Assembly: GCA_043228905.1 (NCBI GenBank)
Contig: JBHGNT010000001.1
Coordinates: forward strand, 2,604,001 to 2,668,000
DNA: 64,000 bases
Reading direction: 5' to 3'
From: Azolla caroliniana
Taxonomy: Eukaryota; Plantae; Polypodiophyta
Shown here: positions 49,955-64,000 of the stretch, piece by piece
How the letters are laid out: each line of letters begins with the position of its first letter
Numbering within the stretch: position 1 is the first letter of the stretch
Made by a program: the position numbers and the translations under genes
Notes under the pieces: model-generated
The model's database searches: none
Told to the model about the DNA's origin: nothing
The model's input: the letters and a program-made list of their open reading frames with translations, nothing else

Positions 49955-50320
49955 ACATTTGTGAGAATCATCAAACTAGGGATTCCTAAACGATGAAATT
50001 CATAAGTTGTATGTAAACCACTCCCTTTGTTGAATCACAATGAATAATACACCTAAATCAAATTGAACAATCGGTTTTATACTTATAGTTGAAGAGTTCA
50101 CATTTGTGAGAATCACCAAACTAGGGATTCCTAAATGATAAACTTCAAAAGATGTAAACCACTCCCTTCGTTGAGTCACAATGAATAATACACCTAAATC
50201 AAATTGAACAATCGGTTTTATACTTATAGTTGAAGAGTTTACATTGAACATAGTGAATATACCAAGACTCTCTTTTTAGCCCTAGCTTACATTCTTTTAT
50301 ACTTATAATTGAAGAGTTCA
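49955..50320. repeat. Tandem duplication, 2 x ~145 bp plus partial third copy
   Basis: ACATTTGTGAGAATCA.CAAACTAGGGATTCCTAAA starts at 49955 and 50100. TTTTATACTTATA.TTGAAGAGTT occurs three times. Confidence 0.92.
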
Positions 50321-50613
50321 GACCACCAACTTGCCTTTCCACCTCATGTGCATTATAAGAGCAATTAATGAGCACCTAGTTTCCATGTTTTTGAAAGAAC
50401 AGAGAAACAAGTTTCCGATGGTTCTAGAAAAGAACACTAGGGTATATTGCAAATAATAAAACCAATGCTATATATTAACATCTTAAAGAATACATCCCAA
50501 TGTGAGAGTTCAACAAACAAAAGAAGGAAAGAATATTGAGTTACCAAGACACATGATTAAATACAACAGATTATTAAGCACAAGATACTAATTAGGCACA
50601 AATGAAGAGGGGA

Positions 50614-53600
50614 TCAAGAGTGTGACCATTGGAACTCAATTTCAAGAGTTCGGGCAGTGCCATCCTGGTTTGTATCGGGAACAAGTGTATATTGTCCACT
50701 CACTTTTCCAAGCAAAATAACACGGTCGATTTGAATGGTGACTTTCCCTAGGGAGCCCTGAGATACAAGCAATCCAAATCTTGGGTCTTAACATACGCAA
50801 AATCAACCTTCACATTCTTGTTGTAGTTTTACAAAAACAATTGTCATAGAAAAACTTCCACTTGTCAATAATACCAACACCTATATATGATTATGGTATA
50901 CATGTGTATGTGCATTAAAAGTTTTGATAAAAAGTAGAAATATGGTGATGATTCCTACATTTTTAGAAAACTTCAAAGTTACTACAAAAAGGGATATTAT
51001 GACAGAGATGGTAAACAAACACAAAAAAGATGTTGCAAAAGCAAATGCTAGCTAAATCCTTGTCACCAACTTCCACTATTTACATCAACACCCTTCAACG
51101 TGATTAATGCATTCAAATAAGACTAGCACAGCTCTTCCCCGTGACAATTGCAACTCAGAAAGGGAGAAAAAATATCTTCACAGTGGCTTGAACAGCTAAA
51201 TTATCCGATGTCTCTAGAGTTTCAGTAAATAATCCGAGAACATGGCAACACTAAAACTGTAGCAGTGAATTTTGCCACAAACATAACAATATTAAAATTC
51301 TTTCAAACCAAACGGTTATCTAGAAAATGCATTCAGATCATCAAGAGATGGATTTCATTTGTTATCGTATACTTGTCTAATGGATTAATTATTTATTATT
51401 TACTTTATGGGTACACAATCATATTAGGAAAACTCAGATACACCCGTTAATATGCAGTTGTTTTGTTTATGTAAAGTTTGCATATCTACGGTTTGACACA
51501 AGGCCTGGGGTTTATGGATATCTAGAGGACTAGAAAAGCTAGATCACTATCCTAACAGAACAAAACTTCTCCTCTCTTTCCTATTGCTAAGGATGCAATC
51601 TTTTCTACAGAGTTTAGTCCCACAAATTTAATCCATAAATGGGTATAACAGGTAAATGTTTGTTCGTTACCTTTCCAAATGTATTTTTGCTTTTGCAAGC
51701 AACACAAAGCTTCTGTCCTTTCGGAGGAGTGTCAAATGGCCAAGCAAAGCTTTGGTTCCACTCTGGGGAGCTGCTGCTTGAAACAACCTGAAAATAGCTC
51801 CATGCATGAGTTCATCTTCCCATACAAACAAATGAGAACCATATCTAATGAATTTAATCAAGTTGACATGGTCTAGAGTTTCTAGGACAAAGCCCCAAAA
51901 TAGCCATGTTTTTCTTTATTTTCCAAACGGCCTTGGTCAACCCACAAAAGAGCAAATATGTTCTATTCAAGCAATGATATGATCATTTTATCACTTTCCT
52001 CTCAATCATGTGATATAGAGCAATTATACAGTTAAATTTGTCCTCTTTTCCTCCGGGGTTTACCAAGGGTGTTTGGAGAAATAACAAAAATCTGGGGCAT
52101 TTTGCTAAGGTTTGTCCCAAAGTTCTATTTGGATCACACCTTTGTTTGGCAAGGGGGACTGTTTCCGAGGGTGATTTTGCAGAACGCACTAGGACTACCC
52201 ATTGATTGCTTCAAATTCATGCCCTGCTTGATTGTCACTATTAGGTTCCCAGGTAAGCAATGCAGAAGATCTGCTGCTTTCTCTTGGAAGTGTTCTGGAC
52301 CTGACCTCATCATCAATTGCAGCAAAGGAATAGCCTCCACCATAGCCACAGACTGTGTTTTTCTGACTTCATTTACATTTGCATTGGACCACCCTTGGCT
52401 CAGTAACAATAAAGCATCCAAAGATGCTTCTTGAGCTGCTTCAGTTCCAGTTTTCAAGCCACCAATCAATTGAGGTATAGACAACGTCGCAGCCTCTGTA
52501 CCCCGGAGTCGTGGAAAATTGTAGAAGAGGATATCGATGGCCTTCAGCATATCTTCATTTACCGTTCCAGTTGCCCAACACTCCCGCTCCAGAGAAGCTA
52601 AAAATGGTAAGAAAAATACGTTGATAATTGAAGACAGGACATATCTGTCTAATGAAACTCGACCAGAACAAGAGGGGCAAACCCCTAGTTTATGAGGATT
52701 CAAATTATGGTCTATCCACAAAGTATATTGCGCACATGGACCTTTGCCATAGTTTCAACTCATGACCTATGGACAAATAATTAATTACGTTTTTATCTAT
52801 ACCATCTATTACAGTCCCATAAGCTTAAAATATTTACAATTTCAAACTAGAGATCTGCATACTGTTACCAAACTTGAACTCAAGAGCTCATTGCTTTACC
52901 CATAATTGCATGGAATGTGGGGAGGGACAACACATAGAAGGTATTAGAACTTGACACCTGTACATAATGTAGTTACCATCAAGAGAAATAGTTTGCGTTC
53001 TATTGTTTTAGCATTCCATGGATCATATTTAGCTTCTGAACGAGAGTGAGTATATTTATCGATATAACTCTTCTTCGTAAAAGCAATGCTAGACAAATTT
53101 ACCACTACCTTAATGAAAGAATTACCTGTTAACGCTCTGATTATCTCACTGGTTGCATATTCTTGTATTGTGTTATTTGAAAACAAAAGCTTGATCAGAG
53201 TTGCAGCTTGTCCAGCAATTTCGGAGTTGCTAGAATTGAGAAGCTCTTGGAGAATTTGAACACCACCAGCTTCAGCAAGTGCACGCTTATTAGGTCGGCT
53301 ATCCATAACAAGAGTCTGAAGAGCACAAACTGCTATCATTTTCATCTCTTCTGAGGGTTGATCTTCTAGTTGGCTAACTAAGGCACGACAAGCAGACACT
53401 GCATCTGTTGTACAGGCTAGACCATCGTGTTGGAATAGATCACCCAATGCTAGAGCTGCCAAAACTCTTGCTGCCTGAGGCCTGGATTGAGGATCAAGTA
53501 AGTATTCTGACAATGGAGAGATAGCTAACTTTGCTCCCTTTGTCTCTCGTATCTTTACATTATTGAATAAGGCCTCAAGCAGCCGTGCTGCAGCTTCTTC

Positions 53601-56600
53601 ACATTGATGGCATCTTAATAGCTCAAGGAGTGCCTCCACAGCACCACCCTGAGCCATTTCCTCTGCACTTGAGGCATCATCTCTTTCAAGAACAAGCAAC
53701 GCATTAAGGGAAATCACCACAGTAGCTTCTGAGCTTGACTTCAATAGCTTCACGAGGACTATGGGAGGGATATGCAAGTAGTATTGTGGACTAAATGTCA
53801 GGATGTTTGAAAGCACATATGCAGCCGATTCCCATAAAGCATGGGGTAGTTGGGGATTATCCTGAACAATTATTTGCGAAAGTTCAAGTATGCCTCCAGC
53901 ATCAGCCACAGCATTGGGCCAACTCTTGGAAGCTCTTTCCAATGCCTTGATTGCTTTCTGCTGCAAACTCTGAACTCCAAGTCCAAGGATTCTGACCAAG
54001 GGAACTATTGCCTGCTGAGTGGTAATGTCTCTTTGAAACTGCTCTTGCACTAAAAGATGACCGAGTAATTCGGCAGCAAGTTGTTGGACATTCTGAGAAG
54101 ATGAATCAAGTAGTGGAGTTAGAGGCTCTATACACTGATTCGGAATCAAATTCTGGATTTCCTGAGTTTGAGGCTTCTCAACTATGTTGATCAGCACTTG
54201 CAAGGCACTATGTTGTCCAGCAGGGCTCAATCCTGGCCGAGACAAAACCATAAAGAGTGGCTTAATAATATTAGCTGTTGTTGCACCTTTTGCTATGCTG
54301 GCATTGTTGGTTAAAATTCGGAGCAATTCTGTTATTCGAGAACATAAAACATCAGGGACAACCAGAATTATCTCCATCACAGAATCGATGATGCCTGCTT
54401 TCACCATTTCTACTTTACAAAGTGGCCTATCTTTACCAAGTTTTGTGAGTGCACTAATCACTGACTCATGCAAGAGATATTTATCGCCAGAAACTAGCCC
54501 ACAAAGAGGAATAATAGCACCTTCTGCTGCAACTATCTCAGCTTGGTACTCATCATCCAACAAATTATCCAGTGCTGAGGCACTAGATAATTGCAGTCCA
54601 CTGGAATCTGCCATCAGCAAGGTTATCAAAGGTGTGATGCAATTGGATGCTGCTGGCATGGTTCGAATTCTAGCATTGCTAAACAGGACTCGACATAACT
54701 CTGCCGCATACTCTTTCAGCTCTAGAGAGCAATCACTCATTAAAAACCTGCAAAGGCTATCAATTGTACTTGTTCCAGCATCAGCAATAGCAAGTGCCTT
54801 AGGAGGATTTTCCATGGACAAACTGATCAGAGCTGACATTGCAGCTTTTTGCTCTTTTTCAGAACCAGAGTTCAACATTTCTACTAACGGGGCAATTGCC
54901 TGTTTTCCTGAATCACCAGTTCTTATATTCTCAGCACTGAAAAGCTGATCAAGAGCCCTTGCCGCACTATACCTTGACTTCCTTGTCCCCAAACGAAGCA
55001 CTGCAATAAGTTGGTTTACAGCTCCAATTGCTGACTCATGCGCTCTGAGTTCATTACAATTGAACAAAATTCTAAGCAAATCAGCAGTGGCCTCTTCAAT
55101 GGCATCTTGAGGTCCTAAAGAGAGATATTTTGTTAGAGCATCCAATGCCCCAGCTTCTGCCATTGCTAGCTTGTTTGTATTACTGCTTTTTGCAAGTTGA
55201 GTTAGCAAACTAAGCGACAATGAAGGTGCACCTGGTCGATCAGGAATGGGCCTCAATAGATCAACTAAGCTAGGAATAACTTTTCGGGCAGGCATCCCAA
55301 CTCTTATATCATCAACTCTAAAAAGGCGTTCAAGGGCAACCTGATCAGGATTGGGCACAAGTTGGAATTCTTCTGCCAGTACGGCAAAGTTGGGCATATC
55401 GGACTCGAAGCTTCCAAGAAAAGAAATTAGACCTCCTGGTACTCCTGAGTTTGCTACAGAGAGAAGAGTGCCTCGGCTTCCACTGCAAATAAGACTATTA
55501 AGAGCTTGCGCAGCAAAATAACGATCAATAGCTTCCTCTGATCTTAGGAGAAAAGAAAGAGACGAAATTACTCCCATGGTTACAGACGAACGCGTAACAT
55601 CCCTATGCTGGAAGAGAATCGCCAGCAATAGCATGGTCACCCAAATACTACCAGTATCCTCTGGATATGCCTGTTCACATATTAATGGGGGGTGAGACGT
55701 GACACTTCAGGGTAAAGATGAAAAGGACATTACACATCACCTGTGGCATATTGGAAGCCATATCAGCCAGTTTCTCAGTAAGAAGCGCAACTGCACCTCC
55801 CTCCTTTATTGCAAGTTTGCTATCATCATTATGGCAAGCTATTATAGAGAGCAGCCATAACGCAGCAGTACCTCCTAACATTGCAGCTGATTCGTGCTCC
55901 AGGGGAATTCTGACATCATCATGTTTATTACTAGTTTTACCTTTTTTCTCCATACCAGAATTGTCTTGTGCTTCACCATTGTGAGAATGGTCCATTGCCT
56001 TCATACCAAGCATGTTGATGAGTGACTGTATCAAGAGTATAAAAGCTCCTGATTCATTCAATGCTTCCATGGCTTGTTGCCTATGCTCCTTGAATGCACA
56101 AATCAAAAGAGTAACCCCCCCAACCTTCACTTCTGTTCTTGTAGAATTGATAATATGCTCAGCAAGGGAACTAATGCACGTTGATGTACTTGTAATAAGG
56201 TCGCCCAAAATGACTGGTTGATCCCGACAGAGTCTTGACAGGACTTCTATCGCCTTCTCCTGCATTAGTGGTGGACCTAAAGCAACACAAGTAACAAGAG
56301 GATCCAATCTTCCTGGTGCTTCTGCTAAAACCGTCCATGGTGGTCTAGAAGTTCCTGTATACCTAGCCCTAGACAAAGTTGCAAGAGCATCTAACACTTC
56401 TGACTTGGTGCATTGTTCCAGATTAGTGGCTGCCAAAAGTTCAACAAGGGCAAACACAGCTCCAGAACTCTGGATGCTCTCAGATAGTGTGTCATCTATG
56501 GAACGGAACCTAAGAAGCAATGATAAGGCACATGCAGCAGACTCCCTCCCTTCATAGGTACCTTCAAGTAGTACCCTCGTGAAGGGAACAATCAGGTCCT

Positions 56601-59600
56601 CAGCAGGAGCTCCTTTGGATAAATTTACATCTACGAAAAGGTTTGCAAATGCAGTTGCTGAGATCTCTGCCACTGCTACATTGGATGATTTTGCCAATGT
56701 AATCAACGGTAATATAGAATCCTGTGCACGATGTGCAATCTCTTCATTTTTCTTTATGGATAAGAATATCGCACCAATAGCCTTTGCAGCTTGCATGGCA
56801 ATCTGTTCAGGTTCCACCTTCAACAGATTAATAAGAAGTTCAAATGCATCTATAACAAATGGGCTCTCTCGGAGATCATTCCTTGCACTAAAAATCTTAG
56901 CAAGAACTGAGGCAGTGTGTTCCTTGACTTCTTCATTTGATGAGTTGAGTAACCGAAATACTACATGCAGTGCATCATTGGCAGCAGATCCTTCTCTCAA
57001 GATTTCATCTTGCGATGCAACACAAAGAAGGCATCCCAACACATTTAGTACATGAACTTTTGAATAAGGATGCTCTCCTTGCAGCAGTGCAGCCAACTGA
57101 CTCACGGTGCTATCATCCGATTTTCTCACTAATTGTGTCAGAGCTTTGGCAGCAATTTCTTGACCTTTAACACTAGCAATCTTCAAAAGCCATAAAAGGG
57201 CTGGAACTGCATCAGCAGTCTGAACACACGCTCGTATGTCTTCACTATGAGTACATAGATTAGCAAGGATAAGGGCAGCATCTTCCTTAGCTTTCACAGA
57301 ACCTGTCTCCAGTATCTGAACTAATGGTGGTATACCACCAGTAGATGTGATAATCCACCTGCTACTATCAACTTCTTCTGTAAGAATAGAAAGCAAGCCT
57401 ACTGCATATTCTTGTTGCTGCTCCGAAGACAAACCTAATAAAGATATCAAAAGCTGAATACCTTCACGGCCCCTTAGAGATTGCCAGAGATCCATTTCCC
57501 CACTACACAATTTTTTTAGAGATTGCATCAGTTCTTCATGAACATCATCATTGGCCATGGTCACCAACCCAACGAGCATCTTTTTACCTTCTGCATTGAT
57601 CAATCTGTTCTGCAGTGTCACATTTCCATACAAACTAGCAAGAGCTTCAATTGTACGCTCCTGAACGAGGTCTGGAACTTGAGACTTCAATTGTTTCAGA
57701 AGAACGTGTTCAACCATTTCTGCATCTATTACATCGCCAGTCCTATCACTATTATCAAAAACCATGAGTGCATATGCAAGTGCACCAATAATATCAGCCA
57801 TGTGAGAATCTGGCTTATTAGACCTGATATTTTGTGCAATAGTTAAAATCACCGTTGACATACCACAGAAAATGTTAGCAAGGGCACCCATAGCATTCTC
57901 TTGCAACAATTGGGCATATTTACCCTGCATAAACTCTTTGGAAGGAGCCACGACAGCCCTAACTAAGATGGATATAATTCCAGGTTCAGACATTGCCTGT
58001 CTCGCTTCCTCGGAAGTAAATGATAATGCCTTTAGAGCTCCCGCTGCTTCTGCTCGAACGGACAAGTCATTTCCATTTCCTACAAGACCTAGAAGTGGCT
58101 CAACAAGTCCGATACCAAGGACACTTTTAGTGTTGAAGGATGTTTCCATCATGAGATTCGCAAGAAGAGAAGATGCATTAGCTTGTGCTGTAGAATTTCC
58201 ATGATGTAACAATCTTACAAGAATCTGAATACCCCCAGCCTCAAGAGTAGTTGGCCAGAAGCCATCAGTGTTACTACATAGATTTTGTAATGCTCCAATA
58301 ATAAGACCCTCAACTTGTAAATCTAGGTTTTGTTGAGGTTGTAGTTGTTCCCACAGTTTCAGAACTACGCCTTCAGTTGCAAAGATTTTACATCCCACTT
58401 GATCGGTTACACTTCCTTGCGATACGGCATGAATTGTTTGAGCTGATGAAAGCTGAGCGTCAGGAGAAGGGGTCTTCAAAAGTGAGAGTAATGGTGGAAT
58501 ACAACCTCCAAGAAGAACTTTCACGCGCAATTCTTCTTCTTGGCATAACGCCCCTAATATTGCCGTGGCTGTAATCTTAACACCCAATGTTCCTGTCCTC
58601 ACAAGTGATACTAGTAAAGGTATAGCTTGTGAATGAGTACCAATGGCCATCCTAGCTTCTTTCCTTGTTTCCGTAAGCTCCAAGAGTTTTTTAGAGATGT
58701 GTACTTTCTCACTCGGTGTGGAGACATTCATTCGAAGTTGTTCGATGTATTGAGCAATGTTTGCAAAGATTCCATCAGGATCTTCCGTACCTTGGTTTCC
58801 ATTCCAATCCCTGGATGGGAAAAAAAGACAATATAAATTAGCCATGCGGATCCATGATACCTGTCAGGATCACAACACCCAAATCATATAAAATTAACTC
58901 AAAAAACATATTTCATCAATAGAAAGTACACTAGAATCTTACTCTCTATCCAACATCTATAGGTTAGAGAGAGCGTCATAAGAAATAGATCCAGAGGGCA
59001 CAGGCATAAAAGGGTATCTATCTCTTTATATATCTACCAATCTTAGATCTATTACGTTCCGACCATAGACATCTAGTAAATGGCCATCCAATAGCTAATA
59101 GGTCTACTCTATCCTTAATTAACTCCTAATAATATAATTTTGTGTATGATCATAATCTAATATGTTCAGAACATAGCTATCAGTATGTGGCCATCCCATA
59201 GCTAATGAGCCTATTCTAGCCTTAATTAAGTCCAAACAATATAATTCATAACACAGGCCATTTTTAAGTGATCCTAACAATTTCCCAATAGCTAATGGGC
59301 CTTACTAACTACTAATAGCATGTTCATAACACGGTTCAATTACATGATTAAGAGAACGTGATCCAAACAATTATCTTTGCTAAGTAGCAGATCTGGGTTA
59401 TCTTGCTGTGGTCTGCACCCGTCATAATAAGATTGATCATTCCATGTGCCTTCATTTTCTTCAGGAATGTTTTCTTAACCTTACACTTGAAGCTAAAGTA
59501 TTTTAAAATGTATACTTTTGGAAGAAGTTACATCAGATACATCCACATATAAAGGAGCATTACACAAGCCAGAGGTGAATGATGACTTATATAAGTTTAG

Positions 59601-60119
59601 GTGTTTTACTTGCTTGATTTTGCACACAAATTGCTATAATTATAGCTTATACACTGGCTAGATAAGGGGAGATTTTTTTAATTGTTTGAAAAGCCTACCT
59701 TTTCAATCAAGGAATCTCCATCAAATGAAGTATATATATACATACATACATGTATGTATTTATGCATGTTTATATATATACATGAAGAATCCATTAAACA
59801 AATCAGATTATGAATGATGACTAGTATAGATCAATGATTGCTTGATTTTGCACATAATTGTGAAGCAAATCAAATGTGAATGGTGGTTATATGATTTTAG
59901 CTACTTAAAGTTACGTGATTTCACAAGAAACTTGCTTATAATAAATCAGAGGACTCTTGCATAGATCTTTCTTGAGCATGAATGAAAACGATAGAGTAAA
60001 CAATAAATTACCATTACAGTGCAAAGACAAGAGCAAAGTTAGTTTTTAATGCATTGGCCTTACCTCGATCGCGATAGAGGGTCCGTTTCCAAAGTAGATT
60101 TCATGATTGATCCTTGCAT
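50614..60119 (-). CDS. CSI1: CELLULOSE SYNTHASE INTERACTIVE 1-like (CSI1/POM2 family), armadillo repeats plus C-terminal C2 domain, 6 coding exons, ~2129 aa
   Basis: Exons 60119-60064, 58810-55741, 55670-53126, 52597-52140, 51787-51671, 50757-50614 (6390 nt, phases consistent). Peptides: [80 protein letters not shown]. Exon 1 is the least certain. Confidence 0.93.
59082..59320. repeat. Short degenerate direct repeats (C.ATAGCTAAT... x3) in CSI1 intron 1
   Basis: GGCCATCC.ATAGCTAAT...CCTTAATTAA.TCC.AA.AATATAATT occurs twice, plus a partial third copy. Confidence 0.7.
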
Positions 60120-62999
60120 TTTATATCCAAGTATATCTTCACAAACGTGAGAAAAATGGAGAGAGATATAGCCAAAGCAAAAATGCAATCTGAAAATTAA
60201 AACAGAACGCACTAAGGTTTTACCTTTAGATCTGCTACGTCTCACTACCAGCAAATGGTTCAATACAGATTTCTCATTCGATGTGAAACATGATTTGCCT
60301 ATGCTACATCTCTACAATCATGAACTGAGGGTGAGGGTGAGGGTTTAGATGTTGACCGATCAGAACGCATGAGCGAGATCCAGCGGATTTAGCACTAGAT
60401 GAATATCATCAGAGTGAAGGCAAAGAAGATGCAAATGCGTGGGTTAACTGTATGAATATTGAATTGATCCCCACATTGAATGCAGGGAGATTGAATCGAT
60501 CGATCAGAATATTATAAATATGTATACTGGGTATGTATGTATGTATGCATGTATGCATGTATGTATGTACTTTATACGTACGTATATGTGTATGTGTGTT
60601 TGTGTGCATAGAACTACACCAAAGGCCCTAGGCATGAGACATTCACACCTCTATGATTTGTCCGTCTGTCATTATTTAATCGTCTCCTTGGCAGATGCTT
60701 GTTTTGTTCAATTGTCTGTACCTGAGTTGTCATTTGTTGTTTGTTGTTCATCCGAAGATTTCTTTATTTACAGTTTTCATGTTTTGCATGGTCTCCTTTT
60801 CTGTAACATGGAGTAAGAGTAGCAAATAGAAATTTGGAACTTTGCGAGATTACATGTTGAATTTGGATTTTGTTGCAAGTAACTGGCAAGTTCAAAAGTT
60901 TGATGGGTTTTTTTTTCTTTGCGAACGTGCCCAGTGGATTAATTTCCTTTGCACTGATACTAGATGGAACTTGAAGCCTCTATCTGATACCCAATCATAT
61001 CGATATGGAAGTACATAAAAAGCATATGAAATATTTGAATTGATCACATACACATGCACACTAAAGAATTAAAACATGAACTTTAGGAATCCCACTTTGT
61101 GTACAAGTAATATCAATAGTGTGTTTGTGTACATTTTACATCATAAGGGGATGTCAATGTCAATAATATTACAACATTCTATTTGAAGTCATTGTTATTA
61201 TGCTCATGAGGGAAAAAAGTCTAAGGTATTGAACTTATGCATACTCTATATTCTTTCCATGTACATAAGGGAAACAATATGCTTCATAGTGTTTTAGTAC
61301 CAACTTGTAAGTTGTAGTAAAAAATGTGTGTTTGTCAAATTCTTAGTGGGTCCATCTGATGGGTACACTTCACGAGTCAATGATTGAGGAGTCTCTTAGC
61401 AATAGAGTATCCATGCATTTGTATATTGATGTTAGGAATTGGCACGTGCCTACAACTTTTTTTTACGCCGATATAAATAAATAGCACGATAGAGACAAAG
61501 ATGCATGTGCTTCATTTACCCTTAAAAATGACACATTACTTGTAACTCTCCACGCACATCTTTATCTGTCCATCCATTCCCCTCTCTCTTTTGTGAAAGT
61601 GCTCTAAATTTCAAAACAACATTACAATACAAAAGACCTTCTTTCTCCCATGTTTCATTATTAAATATAAGTATCCATTTGTGATTTGTTTTTAAAATAC
61701 ATCACTTTGCATACAATATGTTAGAAAGTACTTATCTAACCCAACTTTATATAGCATGCACGTAGGATATTTTTTTCCCTTAAGATACACATTTTGCTCC
61801 AGTTCCCTTAATTCTCATTATTACTCACGCCACCAAGAATAAGTCATGAAACACTTGAATTATGAAACTCAATCACACCCAATTTGTCCTCTTGAGAGGG
61901 GGCTCTTCAGATCGCAAAACATCATCGAGTGTTACCCTCAAAACATCACGTGTCTTCATGTATTAAACTTAGGTGGAAAAGTAATTGTTGCATACAATTA
62001 CTCTAATTATGGTTTTAAATTTTGGAGGTATCTCAATAAATCTCAAAGAAGCCCAAGGTAGTTTTGTAGAATACCCTTCCTTCGATTAGGAACTCTCCCC
62101 CCCCCCCCCCCCTTGACCATGTCAACAATCCAACCATGTGAAAATTTCCATACTTGTGATGCACCCAAAAAGGCTTGAATTTCACATGGTTACCACCAAG
62201 TTATTGTAGTAAATGAATAGAGGTGGACCGATTATAAGCGACGTGTAAAGTTTTTGTTGTTTCCCCAATAAAATACACTTCTAACTCCTAATATTTCCTA
62301 TTAGACATCAAGAGTTATTCATATTCCTTACGTATAACGATTATTCTATCATGGGCTCTAAATCATCATTTTGAGATGTTATATTTCACCCTTAGCAAAT
62401 GTTTTGTAATAATGCGCATATCATCATGATGTTTGAATGTGACACTCTTTGCATTTGGTTCACATTGAGTATTGTTTCTCACCAACTTGATATTCTAGCT
62501 CATGTTTCTCTTTCTTGATTGTGATATTGTATTTACCACTATTGCTCAATGGTTGAATTAAGGTTCCATCTTTTGTGCTTGGGTGAAACAATTCATAGTA
62601 GGCAATCGAGAAATCATTTTGCATCATCATTTATTTTGACGTAAAATCCCTTTCTTTCATCTTACATGCTAACTAATTTTCTCCTAGTTAGGTAGCATTG
62701 GGTTGTCCAACCAATCATAGACATTTATTATATAGGTAATGGATGGATGACATTGAAGAAGGCCACTTAAATTTTTGTAAGTTCAAAGAGCAAGATGGAC
62801 ATGTGTTTCAAACCCAAGCACCTCATAACACAATCCACTTAGAGATTATCGAAGAAACATATCAAAGATAATGAATATTCACAAAAAATTATTATGGTAA
62901 AGCGCTAATTATGCACTTAACTAAAATAAATAAATCGTCCAATTTTGAAACTAAAGCCTCTCATTTATAGAGTCTTGAAATTATTAAAGTGGTACGATG

Positions 63000-64000
63000 C
63001 AATGCATTGTGACTACTTGTATCTTGAAACCATGTGGTGCCCTTGGGGAATCTCTACAGGTTAATGAATCCATGATGAGATCATTTGTAAATGTTTATTG
63101 CAAGACAATGTTATGCTTCAGGGAATGTTGCTTTCGTTGACATGTATGCCAAATGTAACGATTTGGATATGTAGGCTAAATGTGATAAACTATGAATAAC
63201 ACATAAAGTGCTCAAGGGGCTTCTGGTTCAAGATGTATGTGGTTTCTTGGAATGCATCCCAACATAGACCTAACTAGAAAGCATGGACTCCTTTTAAACA
63301 CAAGGCAAAATGACGGTGAGCATGGATATGATAAGGAGACACTCATGTGCTATGAGAAAATGTGAGTTGAAGGTGTGCCATTGGATGACATTACACTGGC
63401 TTGTATCTTAAAAGCTTGTGTTAGCAATGGAGACATTGCGGATGTTTCACGAACATATGTTGAAGTTATCCTCACGGGATTAGAAAAGGAGCTCCTTATC
63501 AGTGGTACTTTGGTAATTGATGTTTGTGCTAAATATAGCCTACTTGCAGAAACTCAACAACTGATTGGGGGGATGTTGAGAAGGTAATCTGTTGTGTTGA
63601 GAATATGTAACAAAAAGGTGTTTCTCAAGTCACTATACCATTACTTTGCAACGTGAAATCATATAATAGTATAGTATTCATCAAGCAAATGCATGCTGAG
63701 ATAATTAAGAAAGGATTCGACAAAGATCTTCTTATTGGTAGTACATTGGTTTATATGTATGTCCAAATTGGATGATTAAAGTAACACGTCAAGTTTTTGA
63801 CAACTTGCCAGTCAAAGATGCGATCCTATGGACTACATTAATAATTGGTTTGTAGAACACGAGCATGGCGAGGAAGCACTAAACCTCGTGAAGGATATGC
63901 AAACACATAATATCTTGCCAAATACATGTGTGCTTGTTTCTGGCTTGAAAGTTTGTGGTGATACTCGAGACATCAATCAATGTACTGTAATACATGCCGA
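63000..64000 (+). pseudogene. Degenerate PLS-PPR pseudogene (runs off the window end)
   Basis: Motif relics CILKPCG, VDMYAKC, EHGYDKETLMCYEKM*VEGVPLDDITLACILKAC, DLLIGSTLVYMY and FDNLPVKDAILWTTLI, broken by multiple stops and frameshifts. Confidence 0.88.

Noticed and set aside
54184-58204. Long antisense ORFs (for example 254 aa at 54184-54948 and 158 aa at 56579-57055)
   Set aside because: Shadows of the CSI1 coding strand with no independent motif.
58788-58790. ACG (Thr) in GTEDPDG where I recall Met in seed-plant CSI1, hinting at C-to-U start-codon editing
   Set aside because: This is a nuclear gene with a plausible upstream ATG exon, so a simple substitution suffices.
60326-60348. TGAGGG repeats resembling telomeric or G-quadruplex sequence
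   Set aside because: Only three units and three G-runs; an ordinary leader microsatellite.

Overview
AT-rich nuclear DNA of a seed-free land plant, most likely a fern. This is inferred from a KP-type DYW domain and fern-style PLS PPR expansion. Three conserved spliceosomal genes could be rebuilt exon by exon: a 14-exon PP2A B55 regulatory subunit (+, 10584-20022, 517 aa), ribosomal protein L18a/eL20 (-, 46781-48295, 178 aa) and CELLULOSE SYNTHASE INTERACTIVE 1-like ARM+C2 (-, 50614-60119, about 2129 aa). Between B55 and RPL18a lies a cluster of four PLS-class PPR genes in alternating orientation. One is a 20-motif PPR with a variant DYW:KP deaminase-like domain, the class linked to reverse U-to-C organellar editing. 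The other three are DYW-less arrays of about 23, 38 and 44 motifs, with no visible organellar transit peptide and a strongly U/pyrimidine-biased PPR code. Two PPR pseudogene fragments are also present. Mobile DNA includes a 5'-truncated LINE, two hAT-type MITEs with TIRs and 8-bp TSDs, and degraded LTR-retrotransposon relics. A degenerate ~100-bp tandem array lies directly upstream of the B55 start codon. All calls come from manual reading of the sequence; no searches were run.
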